DNA of 64,000 nt from an uncultured Gemmatimonadaceae bacterium (GTDB taxonomy: Bacteria > Gemmatimonadota > Gemmatimonadetes > Gemmatimonadales > GWC2-71-9). Positions within the stretch are counted from its first letter, which is position 1. Every line of letters starts with the position of its first letter. Positions 1-9,633 of the stretch are shown one piece after another. The stretch covers positions 43,923-107,922 of the forward strand of contig CAZTIV010000001.1 of the NCBI GenBank assembly GCA_964613905.1, in the 5' to 3' direction. The translations under genes and the position numbers were made by a program. Under the pieces are notes generated by a model. The model saw nothing but the letters and a program-made list of their open reading frames with translations, ran no database searches and was not told the DNA's origin.

Positions 1-2280
1 GTCACTGTGGGTGGTTGGCTGCTCTTCTCCGGAAGCGAGGTCGATGCCGATCACACAACAGTGGCACAAGGCGAAGGAGTCGCTGAACCGGGATCGCCGA
101 TCATTCCACCGGCGCCGGTGAGCCGCGTGATCGTAGGGCCATCGCCTACACTTCTGACAGTTGGTGAATCAGGACAACTCTCTGCGATACCAATGGATGA
201 GGACGGTAACCCGCTTGCGGGACGCGAAGTCAGTTGGCGGTCATCGACGCCGTCGGTGGCAACGGTCTCTTCACGCGGATTGGTCCAGGCGGTCGCGGCC
301 GGCGCGGCAACCATTACAGCGGCCGTCGAAGGGCGAGAAGGAACGGCTACACTGAACGTGGGAGTCACCCGGGCCAGCGTATCAAGGGTGGAAATCGTCC
401 AGGGTCCTCTTACACTGGCGCCGGGTGATTCGGTTCGTCTGACGGCTACCGCTCGGGACGACGCGGGCAATGCGCTGGGGGACAGGCAGGTAAGCTGGGC
501 GTCGAGCGACGCCGGAGTGTTGGAAGTTACGGCCGCCGGCCTGGTGGTAGCCAGGCGCGTTGGCACCGCGACCGTGACCGCAACCACGGAGGGGGTCCGG
601 ACGACAGCACGAATGACTGTGGAGATTCCGGCAGTTGCCACGATCGCCTTGAGCAACCTGCCGGCTGCGGTGGTTACCGGTGACACCTTTACACTTCGGG
701 CCACTTTGCGGGACGCCGGCAACCGCATACTGACCGGACGCGCTCTGACATGGCGTTCATCCGATCCCGCGGTGGCAACAGTGTCCAGTCAGGGTTCGGT
801 GCGGGCGGCAGGCACGGGGACGACCACAATCACCGTGGCGACTGAAGGCCGTACTGCCGAGAGTCGAATCACGGTGAGACCGCCACCACCCGTCCCGGTG
901 GCAGCGATCCGCCTGCGACCCGGCTCAGCTCAACTGGAAGTAGGGCGGACAGTGACTGTGGCCGCCGATCTTGTGGATCAGCGTGGCAACGCATTGGCAG
1001 ATCGTCCGGTCACGTGGCGGTCCAGCGACGACAACGTCGCCACGGTATCAGGTGGCGTGGTGACCGCGCGGCGGGCCGGGAGCGTCGTGATCGCCGCCTC
1101 GGCGGAAGGCCGGGCTGCCACCATTAGCGTCACGGTCACGGCACCCGCAGCCCCTGCGGCACCCGATGCGCCCACACCCGCGCCCGCCGCTGCGGCACCG
1201 CCGGAACCCGAAACCGGGACGGCCGCCACCGCCGCGGCCCTTCGAGAGGGCGGCCTTGCGACAGGCGCCTCCCATACGTGTGGCGTACTGAATGACGGGC
1301 GGACGGTCTGCTGGGGCGAGGACGCGGCTGCTCACTCCCGGCTTGCCTCCGCGGTGAGCGGTCTTAACTCCGTGGTCGCCGGCGAGGTACACACCTGCGG
1401 ACTCACGGGCGACGGAACCGCTGTGTGCTGGGGTACCAACCGGCGCGGCCAGCTCGGCGCCGACCCGCGGAGTGACCGGCCCGTAACCGCCCCCGTGCGG
1501 GTGGCCGGCGGACGGGCGTACCGCATGCTCGCGGCAGGGTCACAACACACATGCGGCATTGCAACGGACGGCACGGGGTGGTGCTGGGGTGAGAACGATG
1601 CAGGGCAACTGGGCAACGGTTCCCGGAGCGGAAGTACCACTCCGGTGGGAGTGAGGGGCGACCTTCAGTTCCGGGCCCTCGCGGCGGGCGAGAAACACAC
1701 CTGCGGAATCGCTGCCGACGGCCGCGTCCACTGCTGGGGCGACGGGTTCTCCGGCCAGTTGGGGATCCGGATTCGCGAATCCGCGAATCAGCCACGTCCG
1801 GTGGACCTGCCGGCGCAGGCGTTGGCCCTGGCTGCAGGACGCCGCCACTCGTGCGCGGTGCTCCAGAACGGCGAAACACACTGCTGGGGTGAAAACGCAG
1901 CCGGGGAACTGGGTGACGGCTCACGCAGTGAACGGTTGGCGCCGGTGCAGGTCAGTACGCGAGAACGCTTTGTGAGCATCACAGCAGGCCGCGAATTCAC
2001 CTGCGCCGCCACACAGGCCGGAGCAGCGTATTGCTGGGGACGCAACCGGGATGGCCAGTTGGGGGACGGCACCCGGAACGATCGGAATACACCGGTGCGG
2101 GTCCGGTCAGAAGAGGCGCTTGCGGCGCCGGCTGCGGGTCAACAACATGCATGTGCCCTCACCCGGGCACGACAGCCGGTGTGCTGGGGCGCAAACAGGA
2201 GTGGACAACTGGGTACCGGGAGCACAGACGGGAACCTCGTTCCCGCTCCGGTACAGTCCGAGCGACTGGGGCGGCCGTAA
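1..2280 (+). CDS. Surface/secreted protein: four Big_2 (bacterial Ig-like) domains, Pro/Ala linker, seven-bladed RCC1-like beta-propeller; 5' end probably outside window
   Basis: ORF 7..2280 stays open in the same frame back to nt 1. Four ~82-aa repeats (aa ~38-377) carry the Big_2 pattern L.VG....L.A...D..GN.L..R.V.W.SSD..VATVS..G.V.A...G.A.ITA. Linker APAAPAAPDAPTPAPAAAAPPEPE follows. Then seven H(T/S/A)C(G/A)....G...CWG.N..GQLG.G repeats typical of RCC1 blades. Confidence 0.8.
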   Translation, partial: VTVGGWLLFSGSEVDADHTTVAQGEGVAEPGSPIIPPAPVSRVIVGPSPTLLTVGESGQLSAIPMDEDGNPLAGREVSWRSSTPSVATVSSRGLVQAVAAGAATITAAVEGREGTATLNVGVTRASVSRVEIVQGPLTLAPGDSVRLTATARDDAGNALGDRQVSWASSDAGVLEVTAAGLVVARRVGTATVTATTEGVRTTARMTVEIPAVATIALSNLPAAVVTGDTFTLRATLRDAGNRILTGRALTWRSSDPAVATVSSQGSVRAAGTGTTTITVATEGRTAESRITVRPPPPVPVAAIRLRPGSAQLEVGRTVTVAADLVDQRGNALADRPVTWRSSDDNVATVSGGVVTARRAGSVVIAASAEGRAATISVTVTAPAAPAAPDAPTPAPAAAAPPEPETGTAATAAALREGGLATGASHTCGVLNDGRTVCWGEDAAAHSRLASAVSGLNSVVAGEVHTCGLTGDGTAVCWGTNRRGQLGADPRSDRPVTAPVRVAGGRAYRMLAAGSQHTCGIATDGTGWCWGENDAGQLGNGSRSGSTTPVGVRGDLQFRALAAGEKHTCGIAADGRVHCWGDGFSGQLGIRIRESANQPRPVDLPAQALALAAGRRHSCAVLQNGETHCWGENAAGELGDGSRSERLAPVQVSTRERFVSITAGREFTCAATQAGAAYCWGRNRDGQLGDGTRNDRNTPVRVRSEEALAAPAAGQQHACALTRARQPVCWGANRSGQLGTGSTDGNLVPAPVQSERLGRP

Positions 2281-2322
2281 TCGGCCGTCCCAGGGGATTT
2301 CCCTTCACACAGAGAGGATCGC

Positions 2323-2979
2323 ATGTTCATCGGTCGAGTTGGTCTGATAGTGCTGGTCACCGCCGGCGTTGCGGTTGCCTCGCCTCACACGGCGCGCGCG
2401 CAGTCCTCGTTCGAGGTCACACCCTTCTTTTCCAGTTTCTATCCTCTCGCCAGCGTTGGGGAGACAGGCTCTGGCGCCTCCGCACTCAGGGAGAGACAGG
2501 TTCCGGCGGCCGGCATCGGGGCACGGTTTCTTTTCTGGCTGGGGCAGTCCATGGGGTTCGAGGCCGCCGGCAGCTTCACCCGCAGCGGAACGCAGTTCAC
2601 ATCGGACGATCCGAACGTGACCGGATCGGTCTCGCTGCCGGGCAACCTGATAGCCGCAAGCGGCCGCTTGGTCTATCGTCCACAACGGACGAACCTGCGC
2701 CTGATTCTGGGAGGCGGGCTCGTGCAACGTGGCGGCGATACGTGGGATGAAGATTTTCTCGGCTTCCCCCCCGAGACATTCACCAAGACAGCTGTTGCAG
2801 GCGTCGTTGGCTTTGGCGCCCGCGCGGCCGTCACACCCTCTCTGGCCCTGTCGGTGACCGTAGAGGCCTATATCTACAACGCGAACCTGGATCCGGATGA
2901 GGTGTTCCTGGGCTTCTACGAACCCAAGCTCCAGCAGGACGTCTACATTACGATCGGGATTCCGTTCGGCGGTCGTTAA
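2323..2979 (+). CDS. Hypothetical outer-membrane beta-barrel-like protein with signal peptide
   Basis: Signal peptide MFIGRVGLIVLVTAGVAVASPHTARA/Q. Gly/aromatic-rich alternating strands. GAGAGGA RBS-like motif just upstream of the ATG. Confidence 0.55.
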   Translation: MFIGRVGLIVLVTAGVAVASPHTARAQSSFEVTPFFSSFYPLASVGETGSGASALRERQVPAAGIGARFLFWLGQSMGFEAAGSFTRSGTQFTSDDPNVTGSVSLPGNLIAASGRLVYRPQRTNLRLILGGGLVQRGGDTWDEDFLGFPPETFTKTAVAGVVGFGARAAVTPSLALSVTVEAYIYNANLDPDEVFLGFYEPKLQQDVYITIGIPFGGR

Positions 2980-3013
2980 GTGCGTCAAGCCGTTACTTCC
3001 GGGAGTGTAACCA

Positions 3014-3044
3014 GGGGCCGGAGGCGCTCAGGCGCCTCGGCCCC
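3014..3044. terminator. GC-rich hairpin between convergent genes (possible bidirectional terminator)
   Basis: GGGGCCGGAGGCGC-tcag-GCGCCTCGGCCCC gives 13 bp with one bulged G. The loop contains the hyuB stop codon (tca 3028-3030). It lies 35 nt after the stop of the + strand OMP gene. There is no clear U-tract. Confidence 0.45.
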
Positions 3045-4563
3045 TCCCCCCTCCTCCCGGCGTCTCCACCCGCAACCGCTGGGAGGCCGTCAGTCGCAGA
3101 TGCGCTCGTCCCCCGACCGCGTTGCCGTCCATGGAATTGCGTCCAGGCGCACCTGACCCGCCTCCTGCCCTCCCCTCTGGCGCATGCCGACGGCGCTCGG
3201 AGATCAGGCTCACTTCAACGGGCGCCAAGGCTTCCATCTCGCGGATCACGCCGTCGCCGCCGTGGTGCTGTCCAGAGCCACCGCTTTTGCGACGCACGGC
3301 GTACGTAACGACCCGCACCGGATGCTCCATTTCGAGCACCTCCACCGGCGTGTTACGCGTGTTGGACATGCCTACGTGCACGGCGCTGGGCCCGTCCGCG
3401 TGGGGTAACGCCCCCTGCCCTCCGCCCAACGTCTCGTAGTACGTCCAACCGTCTCCCCCCAGAACCACGTTGTTCATCGTGCCCTGCCCGTCGGCGGGAA
3501 CACCCGGTACGCCTTCGAGCGCGCGGAACAGGAGGTCGGCCACACGCTGTGAGGTCTCCACGTTTCCGGCAGCGACCGCGCGGGGCCACCGCGCGTCGAG
3601 CAGGCAACCATCCGGGATCACCAGATCAACCGCGCGCTCCACACCCGCGTTTGTGGGGATGTCCTCTCCCACCAGACAGCGGACCACAAACAGTACGGCC
3701 GACCGAGTAACCGAACGCGGGCAATTGACGTTGCCCGCCACCGCCGGTGAGGTACCTGTGAAATCGATCCGGAGCCGACCCGCCCGCGCCGTGATCGCCA
3801 CCGAAACCGGGATATCGTCGTCGATAACGCCGTCCCCTTCCAGGACGTCCCGCGCTTCGTACCGCCCATCGCTCACCTTCCTGCGGATCGCTTCGACGGT
3901 ACGCCGCTCCGCGTAGTCGAGCAGATCCCGGGCCCCACCCTCGACAAGAGTGCGACCACTTCGAGCGACCAGCGCACGATAACGGTCAGCGCCCAGCTCG
4001 CATGCGGCCAGTTGGGCTGCAAGGTCCGCCTTACGAACCCCCGGGGCGCGTACGTTGGCCAGCACCAGGCGCTCCACGTTCGCGTCAACGACTCCATCCA
4101 CCGCCCACCTGACGGGCGGAATCACCAATCCCTCCTCGAGCAGTTCGCGCGAGTCCGTCGGCATGCTGCCCGGCCGCGCACCGCCCACGTCCGCGTGATG
4201 CGCGCGAACCACGGTGAATGCGGCAGGAGCACCGATGTCGGACAGACGAATTGCGTGCACCAGCGTGATGTCGGGGAGGTGCGTACCCCCCATGAAAGGG
4301 TCGTTGATGATGTACGTGGATCCCGGCTCCGGTCGCAGACCGCTTACCGCTGCGACTGCATCAGGCATGGCCCCGAGGTGCACCGGGATGTGAGCGGCCT
4401 GCGCTGTCATCAAGCCGTCAGCATCGAACAGCGCGGCAGACGAATCCCGCCGTTCCCGGATATTGGGAGATCGCGAACTCGCCACCAGCGCCGCCCCCAT
4501 CTCCTCGGCAATGCCGGCGAACGCGTTGCCCATAACCTCCAGGCCTATGGCATCAAGTGTCAT
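3028..4563 (-). CDS. hyuB: Hydantoinase B / 5-oxoprolinase family protein (HyuB-type)
   Basis: 511 aa. The N-terminus MTLDAIGLEVMGNAFAGIAEEMGAALVASSRSPNIRERRDSSAALFD matches the hydantoinase_B family. ATGA overlap with hyuA. Confidence 0.85.
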   Translation of the reverse strand: MTLDAIGLEVMGNAFAGIAEEMGAALVASSRSPNIRERRDSSAALFDADGLMTAQAAHIPVHLGAMPDAVAAVSGLRPEPGSTYIINDPFMGGTHLPDITLVHAIRLSDIGAPAAFTVVRAHHADVGGARPGSMPTDSRELLEEGLVIPPVRWAVDGVVDANVERLVLANVRAPGVRKADLAAQLAACELGADRYRALVARSGRTLVEGGARDLLDYAERRTVEAIRRKVSDGRYEARDVLEGDGVIDDDIPVSVAITARAGRLRIDFTGTSPAVAGNVNCPRSVTRSAVLFVVRCLVGEDIPTNAGVERAVDLVIPDGCLLDARWPRAVAAGNVETSQRVADLLFRALEGVPGVPADGQGTMNNVVLGGDGWTYYETLGGGQGALPHADGPSAVHVGMSNTRNTPVEVLEMEHPVRVVTYAVRRKSGGSGQHHGGDGVIREMEALAPVEVSLISERRRHAPEGRAGGGSGAPGRNSMDGNAVGGRAHLRLTASQRLRVETPGGGGRGRGA

Positions 4564-6473
4564 GTCGCATCCTCCGTCCGCCCCACCAGCAGCGCGCCGC
4601 TCTCATGAGCAACCCCCCGCCAACCGGCTTCTATCCGTACCGTTGCATCCCGCCCAACCAGTGTCCTGGGTCCCTGCACTGCCTCACCCGGGACCAGCCC
4701 GAAATCCCGATCCGCCCTGAACGTGAGCCCCCGCGCCGCACGCTCGGCAATCAGGCGGATGTTCACGCACTCCACCGGACTGTCGAGATCAGCGTGAGCA
4801 AACCTCGTGCGATGCATCTCATGGAATGTTTCGGCTGCGCTCTCAGGTGTACCTGCCAGCACACCCAGCTCGTAGCCCTGCCCCGGATAGCGGCAGTCAG
4901 CCATGCGAACCAGGGCGGCATTGGGAAGTTCCTTTTGCAATCGCGATTCCAGCGGCCGGAACAGGTCATCCCACGCACGAGCGTCGATCGATCCGAGCGG
5001 CCGGTGGACGGATGACACCGCCTCGGCACGTGAGGGTGCTGCGGCGAGGCCAAGCGCCGAAAGAACGCCCGGATGCGGTGGCACAATCGCCCGGGACATC
5101 CCCAGTCCTTCCGCTAATCGGCAGGCGAACAGTGGTCCCGCGCCGCCAAACGGCACCAGCACCATTTCGCGCGGATCCAATCCGCGCTCCACGCTTACGC
5201 GTTTGAGCGCCCTGACCATCGCCGCGACGGCAATCTCCACCATTCCCTCGGCACATCGTTCAACCCCGAGACCGGCCCTGGATGCCAGCCGCTCGACAGC
5301 GCCCCGTGCAGCATTCGGGTCGAGTTTCAGCGTATCAGCCAGCGGCCGTTCAACATCCAGCCACTCGAGCACAATCGCCGCATCCGTGACCGTCGCCTCC
5401 TCTCCCCCAAGACCGTAGCAGGCCGGGCCCGGTACCGCCCCCGCGCTCTGCGGCCCAACGCGAAGCGCGCCACCCTCATCCACCCACCCAATGCTCCCGC
5501 CTCCCGCACCGACCGTCTCGATCAGAATCTGCGGCAGAGCCAGCGACACACCGCCCACCTCGCCATCCGTCCGGAAGAGCGGCAAGCCATCCACAATTGC
5601 ACTGGCATCGGCGCTGGTGCCTCCCATGTCCAGCGTGAGGAGATTGCGTTCTCCCAGCTGTTCACCAACCAGTCGCGCTCCCTCCACGCCCCCGGCGGGA
5701 CCGGAAAGGGCCAGCGCCGACGCACGCTCGCCCGCCACCTCCGGTGCGAGCGTGCCACCGTGTGATGCCATGATCCTGAGCTCCGGGATGCCGCGACGGC
5801 CCGCCTCCCCAGCGAGACCTTCCACGTAGGACCCCACACGCGGTCTCAGAAAGGCTTCGGCCACGGTTGTACTCGTACGCTCATATTCGCGGAACACCGG
5901 AAGGAAGTCGGCGCTGGCCACAACATGCGCTCCGTGAAGCCTCTTGCGAATCCGTTCGGCCACCATCCGCTCATGCCTGCCGTCGCGGAAGCTGAACAGG
6001 AAGCCGATGGCTACCGATTCCGGCTTCAATTCCGCGACCACCCGCACCACACGCTCAACTTCACGTTCTTCGAGCGCCGTTACCACTCCATCCGGCCCCA
6101 TCCTCTCATCCACCCCGACAACCAAATCGCGCTCGATCACCGGCGACGGATGATCCGCAGCCAGATCGTACAAGGCCGCCCGATCCTGACGCCTCAGCCA
6201 GAGCAGATCTTCGAATCCGCGCGTGGCCAGCAGGACCACACGGGCACCCCGTCGCTCGAGGAGAGAATTGGTTGCTACCGTCGTCCCGTGTACCAGCGCT
6301 TCGACATGACCGAGGTCGGCACGATCGAGAACGGCCCAGAGACCGACCGACGGATCAGAGGGTGTCGATCGAATCTTTTCGACGGTGATGGCCCCATCGA
6401 CGCCAAGGGCCACGAGATCGGTGAACGTACCACCGACGTCCACCCCGGCACGAGTTATGGTCTGCCGCGCCAT
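4560..6473 (-). CDS. hyuA: Hydantoinase A / 5-oxoprolinase family protein (HyuA-type)
   Basis: MARQTITRAGVDVGGTFTDLVAL is a hydantoinase/oxoprolinase N-terminal motif. Start taken at the internal ATG 6473; the track ORF extends to 6524, inside lnt. Confidence 0.85.
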   Translation of the reverse strand: MARQTITRAGVDVGGTFTDLVALGVDGAITVEKIRSTPSDPSVGLWAVLDRADLGHVEALVHGTTVATNSLLERRGARVVLLATRGFEDLLWLRRQDRAALYDLAADHPSPVIERDLVVGVDERMGPDGVVTALEEREVERVVRVVAELKPESVAIGFLFSFRDGRHERMVAERIRKRLHGAHVVASADFLPVFREYERTSTTVAEAFLRPRVGSYVEGLAGEAGRRGIPELRIMASHGGTLAPEVAGERASALALSGPAGGVEGARLVGEQLGERNLLTLDMGGTSADASAIVDGLPLFRTDGEVGGVSLALPQILIETVGAGGGSIGWVDEGGALRVGPQSAGAVPGPACYGLGGEEATVTDAAIVLEWLDVERPLADTLKLDPNAARGAVERLASRAGLGVERCAEGMVEIAVAAMVRALKRVSVERGLDPREMVLVPFGGAGPLFACRLAEGLGMSRAIVPPHPGVLSALGLAAAPSRAEAVSSVHRPLGSIDARAWDDLFRPLESRLQKELPNAALVRMADCRYPGQGYELGVLAGTPESAAETFHEMHRTRFAHADLDSPVECVNIRLIAERAARGLTFRADRDFGLVPGEAVQGPRTLVGRDATVRIEAGWRGVAHESGALLVGRTEDAT

Positions 6474-7981
6474 GCAAGCACTGCCAGCACAGCCGTACCG
6501 AGCAGGGAAAACAGCGCCACCCAATCACCCAGCCTGGTGTACAGCGTGCGAGCATCGCTGGTGATCAGTGTGTCCGTCACGAATCCACGGTCACCCAGGG
6601 TGGTCAAGGCATACGGCCTGCCCATTGGATCGATGAACCCGGATATGCCGTTATTGGCCGACCGTGCTATTCCCACCCGGTTCTCGATGGCCCGCATGAC
6701 CAGATGGGAGAAATGCTGGTACGGTGCGCTGCTCCGGCCAAACCAGGCATCGTTCGTGATGTTCACCACGAAGTCGGCGCCCAACCGGCGGTAACGCCGC
6801 GACAGATCTTCGTACGCCGACTCGTAACAGATGATGATTCCGTAGCGCTCTGAGCCGACGTCATACAGATGCCCCAACTCACCAACCCCAAAACCACCGA
6901 AATGCTGCATTCCACTGAACCAGCGCGGATTCACGAACGGTACGCGTTCAACGATGGGGACCAGATAGCGCTTGTGGTATACGGGATTCAGCAAGCGGTT
7001 GCCGCTTGAGTCATAAACGAACGCCGCATTCCAGTAATCGTAACCGCCAGCCTGATCGAACTCGATGTCCAGCCCGCCGATCACCAGCGGAACGCCGTAC
7101 GCGGCCGCATGTGATGCCAGAGCCTCGTCCCAGTCTGGCCATCGCGGCAACCAGGTTACCGCCGCCTCCGGCCATATCATGAGCCGCGGTGCAGTGGTGG
7201 CCAGGGCTCGATCGGAAAGGTCCAGCGTAGCATGAAAGATGGAGTCTTGCTGGGCCGGATCCCACTTCTCCGTGACACCAACATCCGGTTGGAGCAGTGC
7301 GATCGGCCCCACCGGCCGGACCTTGATGGTGCGTTCGCGAACCAGGCCGTATCCCGCCGCGAACACGATGCCGGCCGCCACTCCAATCGCCAACTTGCGC
7401 GCTGACGGTTCGCGACGCCTGAGCCACGCCAGCGCAAGAGCGGTGTTGGCCAGGGCCAGCAGGAACGTCACACCGCGGGCTCCGACTGCGTCCGCAATCT
7501 GCACCACCGTTGGGTAACCGGTGAGCGAAGTGCCGAGGCCGAGCCAGGGAAATCCCACCTGAGGCAGATGACCGATCATCCACTCGAGACTGGTCCAGAG
7601 GACCGGGAACACGACCAGCATGTTCAATCCGGTTCGGCGCACGATCCATCCGATGACGCCGAAAAGAATGGCGTGGAACATCGCGAGGATCACGATCGTC
7701 ACGGCATATGCAAGCCCCGACAGCGGAGTGAAATGCCATAACGCGACTGCGATCCAGTAGAGCACGAGGCCCTGGCTCAGCAGTCCGAACCAGAACCCCT
7801 GCACCAGATGCCGCCTCAATGGCCGCGGATCTTCCTGCCCCGATAGAATGAGCCAGACAGCTGGGATGAGACATACGAACGACGGCAGGAAGAGATGAAA
7901 CGGCGGATATGCAAGGACGACAAGCAGAGCGCCACCAATTATCAGCGGCCAGTCGCGCCGCGGCGGGAAGAGCCCCTTCAC
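6455..7981 (-). CDS. lnt: Apolipoprotein N-acyltransferase
   Basis: Polytopic N-terminus plus a C-terminal CN-hydrolase domain (CYESAYEDL...NITNDAWFG...HFSHLVMRAIENRVGIARSANNGISGFIDP). GTG start at 7981 forms a GTGA overlap with the upstream stop. The track ORF extension to 8281 lies inside the neighbouring gene. Confidence 0.9.
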   Translation of the reverse strand: MKGLFPPRRDWPLIIGGALLVVLAYPPFHLFLPSFVCLIPAVWLILSGQEDPRPLRRHLVQGFWFGLLSQGLVLYWIAVALWHFTPLSGLAYAVTIVILAMFHAILFGVIGWIVRRTGLNMLVVFPVLWTSLEWMIGHLPQVGFPWLGLGTSLTGYPTVVQIADAVGARGVTFLLALANTALALAWLRRREPSARKLAIGVAAGIVFAAGYGLVRERTIKVRPVGPIALLQPDVGVTEKWDPAQQDSIFHATLDLSDRALATTAPRLMIWPEAAVTWLPRWPDWDEALASHAAAYGVPLVIGGLDIEFDQAGGYDYWNAAFVYDSSGNRLLNPVYHKRYLVPIVERVPFVNPRWFSGMQHFGGFGVGELGHLYDVGSERYGIIICYESAYEDLSRRYRRLGADFVVNITNDAWFGRSSAPYQHFSHLVMRAIENRVGIARSANNGISGFIDPMGRPYALTTLGDRGFVTDTLITSDARTLYTRLGDWVALFSLLGTAVLAVLAWRGRP

Positions 7982-8988
7982 ACCTGAACCGCGCGCCCTT
8001 CGTTGGCAGACCGGTATATGGCTTCCATGGTCCGGTGCAGCAGCAACTGATCGTCGAGCCCGGGCGGTTCCACCTCTCCCCGTGTAACTGCCAGAAACCG
8101 GGCCCATTCGGCCCGGTACGACGCCACGAATGGGTTCTCGCGACCGGCCGCGCCGCGGGGTGTAACGTTCATGGCTGTCCCATGCAGCTCCTTGTAAACC
8201 TTGAGCGGACCTATGCTCGCCGAGCCTTTGTCGCCGGTGACGTCCAGCCAGAACCGTTCCGCCTCCCCCACGTACCTCCACGATACGTCAACGAAAATCG
8301 AGGGCCCCGTGTCGCATACCAACAGTGCGCAGCCGGAATTCTCGAGAGTTCCGTCGGTGCCGCGGCTGAACGCAGCCGTCACCGTCTGGGGGGTGTATCC
8401 CGGAGCGAGCCAGAGACCCAGGTCGACAAGCGACAGTCCCAGATCGAGCATGGCACCACCGCCAGCCTCGGCCTGTCTCTGTCGCCAACCCAGTTCCGCG
8501 CGCGAGGTGCGAAAAACGTACCACCCCGCCCTCACCGCCCGCAGGGTGCCGAGCTCCTTGCCGCTCACGAACGCGCGTACAGCCTGCACATCGCTCCTGT
8601 ACCGGTGGTTCATTCCCACGATTACCGGCTTGCCACTCTTCCCTGATGCCGCAATGATCTTCTCTACACCGGAACTGCTCAAAGCCAATGGGCGCTCACA
8701 GAGCACAGGTACGCCAGCTGACAGAGCGGTAAGTACATGTACTTCGTGGAGATGGTTGGGCGTGCAGATTACCACCGCATCGGGACGTGTATGGCGGAGG
8801 AGATCCTCAATGTCGTCATACACGTTCTGAATGCCGAAGCGGGCGGCCAATGCCTGAGCCTTGGGCCGGTCGTTATCGCATACCGCTACGATTTCCACGT
8901 CGTCACGGCCGGCCAGTACCGGCAGGTGAGCCACCTGCGCGATGGCACCCACGCCCACTACGCCTACCCGTGTACGCGAAGCAGTCAC
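7978..8988 (-). CDS. Gfo/Idh/MocA family NAD(P)-dependent oxidoreductase
   Basis: Rossmann N-terminus RVGVVGVGAIAQVAHLPVLAGRDDVEIVAVCD. GTG start with a GGGAGG motif upstream. GTGA overlap with the upstream OMP gene. Confidence 0.85.
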   Translation of the reverse strand: MTASRTRVGVVGVGAIAQVAHLPVLAGRDDVEIVAVCDNDRPKAQALAARFGIQNVYDDIEDLLRHTRPDAVVICTPNHLHEVHVLTALSAGVPVLCERPLALSSSGVEKIIAASGKSGKPVIVGMNHRYRSDVQAVRAFVSGKELGTLRAVRAGWYVFRTSRAELGWRQRQAEAGGGAMLDLGLSLVDLGLWLAPGYTPQTVTAAFSRGTDGTLENSGCALLVCDTGPSIFVDVSWRYVGEAERFWLDVTGDKGSASIGPLKVYKELHGTAMNVTPRGAAGRENPFVASYRAEWARFLAVTRGEVEPPGLDDQLLLHRTMEAIYRSANEGRAVQV

Positions 8989-9623
8989 CTGGCCTCCCTT
9001 CCGGGAAATCGGTACATGAGGCCCGCACGTAGCGACACGGCCTTGAGCCCGCTGGTCAGAGATCCACGAACCTCGGCAGTGAGCCACAGATCCCGGGAAA
9101 GGCCTGCGTCGATGCCGGCAGTCCCGTTCAACCCGGCCTCGATGGTATCAAGTGCGTCTTCCACGAAGGTATCATCAATGGCCTGCCCCGACGCATTACG
9201 AACATGTACACCGGCGCCCAGTCCGATGAACGGAGCGACCCTGCCGCCGGGCACGATCACGTACTGAAGGTCAACGTCGAGGGCGACGTTGCTCCAGTTC
9301 ACTACGCCCACGTTGATCGTGAAATCGTCCGTCGGGTCGTCCACTATGGCGCGCAGTCGCTCCTCGAAACGCGCAATCTCGTCACTGTTGAATTCGGAGC
9401 GGAAGTAGCTGAGGCTGACGAGTGTGCGCACACGGGGGGCGATCATGCCATAGTCCACCCGAAGTGCTCCCGAGGCCGTACGCTCGAGCCGGTCCGTATG
9501 TACAACCCCCACGTCAGCACCGATGGCTGTGAGCCTCAGTCCCTCGTAGCTGAACTGGTCGAGGAACCCCTGGGCTGAAACGGTGGCCGGCATGAAGACA
9601 AGCATGGCAAGGCATCGCAGCAC
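8985..9623 (-). CDS. Hypothetical outer-membrane beta-barrel protein
   Basis: Signal-like segment LRCLAMLVFMPATVSAQ/G. Beta-strand-rich sequence ending ...LRAGLMYRF plus a short tail. The start is uncertain (GTG 9623, ATG 9605 or ATG 9716). Confidence 0.55.
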   Translation of the reverse strand: MLRCLAMLVFMPATVSAQGFLDQFSYEGLRLTAIGADVGVVHTDRLERTASGALRVDYGMIAPRVRTLVSLSYFRSEFNSDEIARFEERLRAIVDDPTDDFTINVGVVNWSNVALDVDLQYVIVPGGRVAPFIGLGAGVHVRNASGQAIDDTFVEDALDTIEAGLNGTAGIDAGLSRDLWLTAEVRGSLTSGLKAVSLRAGLMYRFPGREAR

Positions 9624-9633
9624 GGATGCGAAA

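Noticed and set aside
1138-1236. Pro/Ala-rich low-complexity DNA (gcacccgcagcccctgcggcaccc...) that looks repeat-like
   Set aside because: It encodes the inter-domain linker of the Big_2/RCC1 protein in frame. It has no spacer-repeat periodicity, so it is neither a CRISPR array nor a non-coding tandem repeat.
1237-2277. RCC1 propeller as evidence of recent eukaryote-to-bacterium gene transfer
   Set aside because: By eye, codon usage and GC content are indistinguishable from the flanking Big_2 part and neighbouring genes, and no mobile-element signatures are present.
7982-8281. N-terminal extensions of track ORFs (lnt to 8281, dnaJ to 58557, ybaB to 63546, spoIID to 11007, hemL to 12232, recR to 63044, S8 peptidase from 47667, amidohydrolase from 52014)
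   Set aside because: The extensions run into the upstream gene, are Arg/Pro-rich, and precede the conserved family N-termini. Internal ATG/GTG starts with RBS motifs or ATGA/GTGA overlaps fit better.
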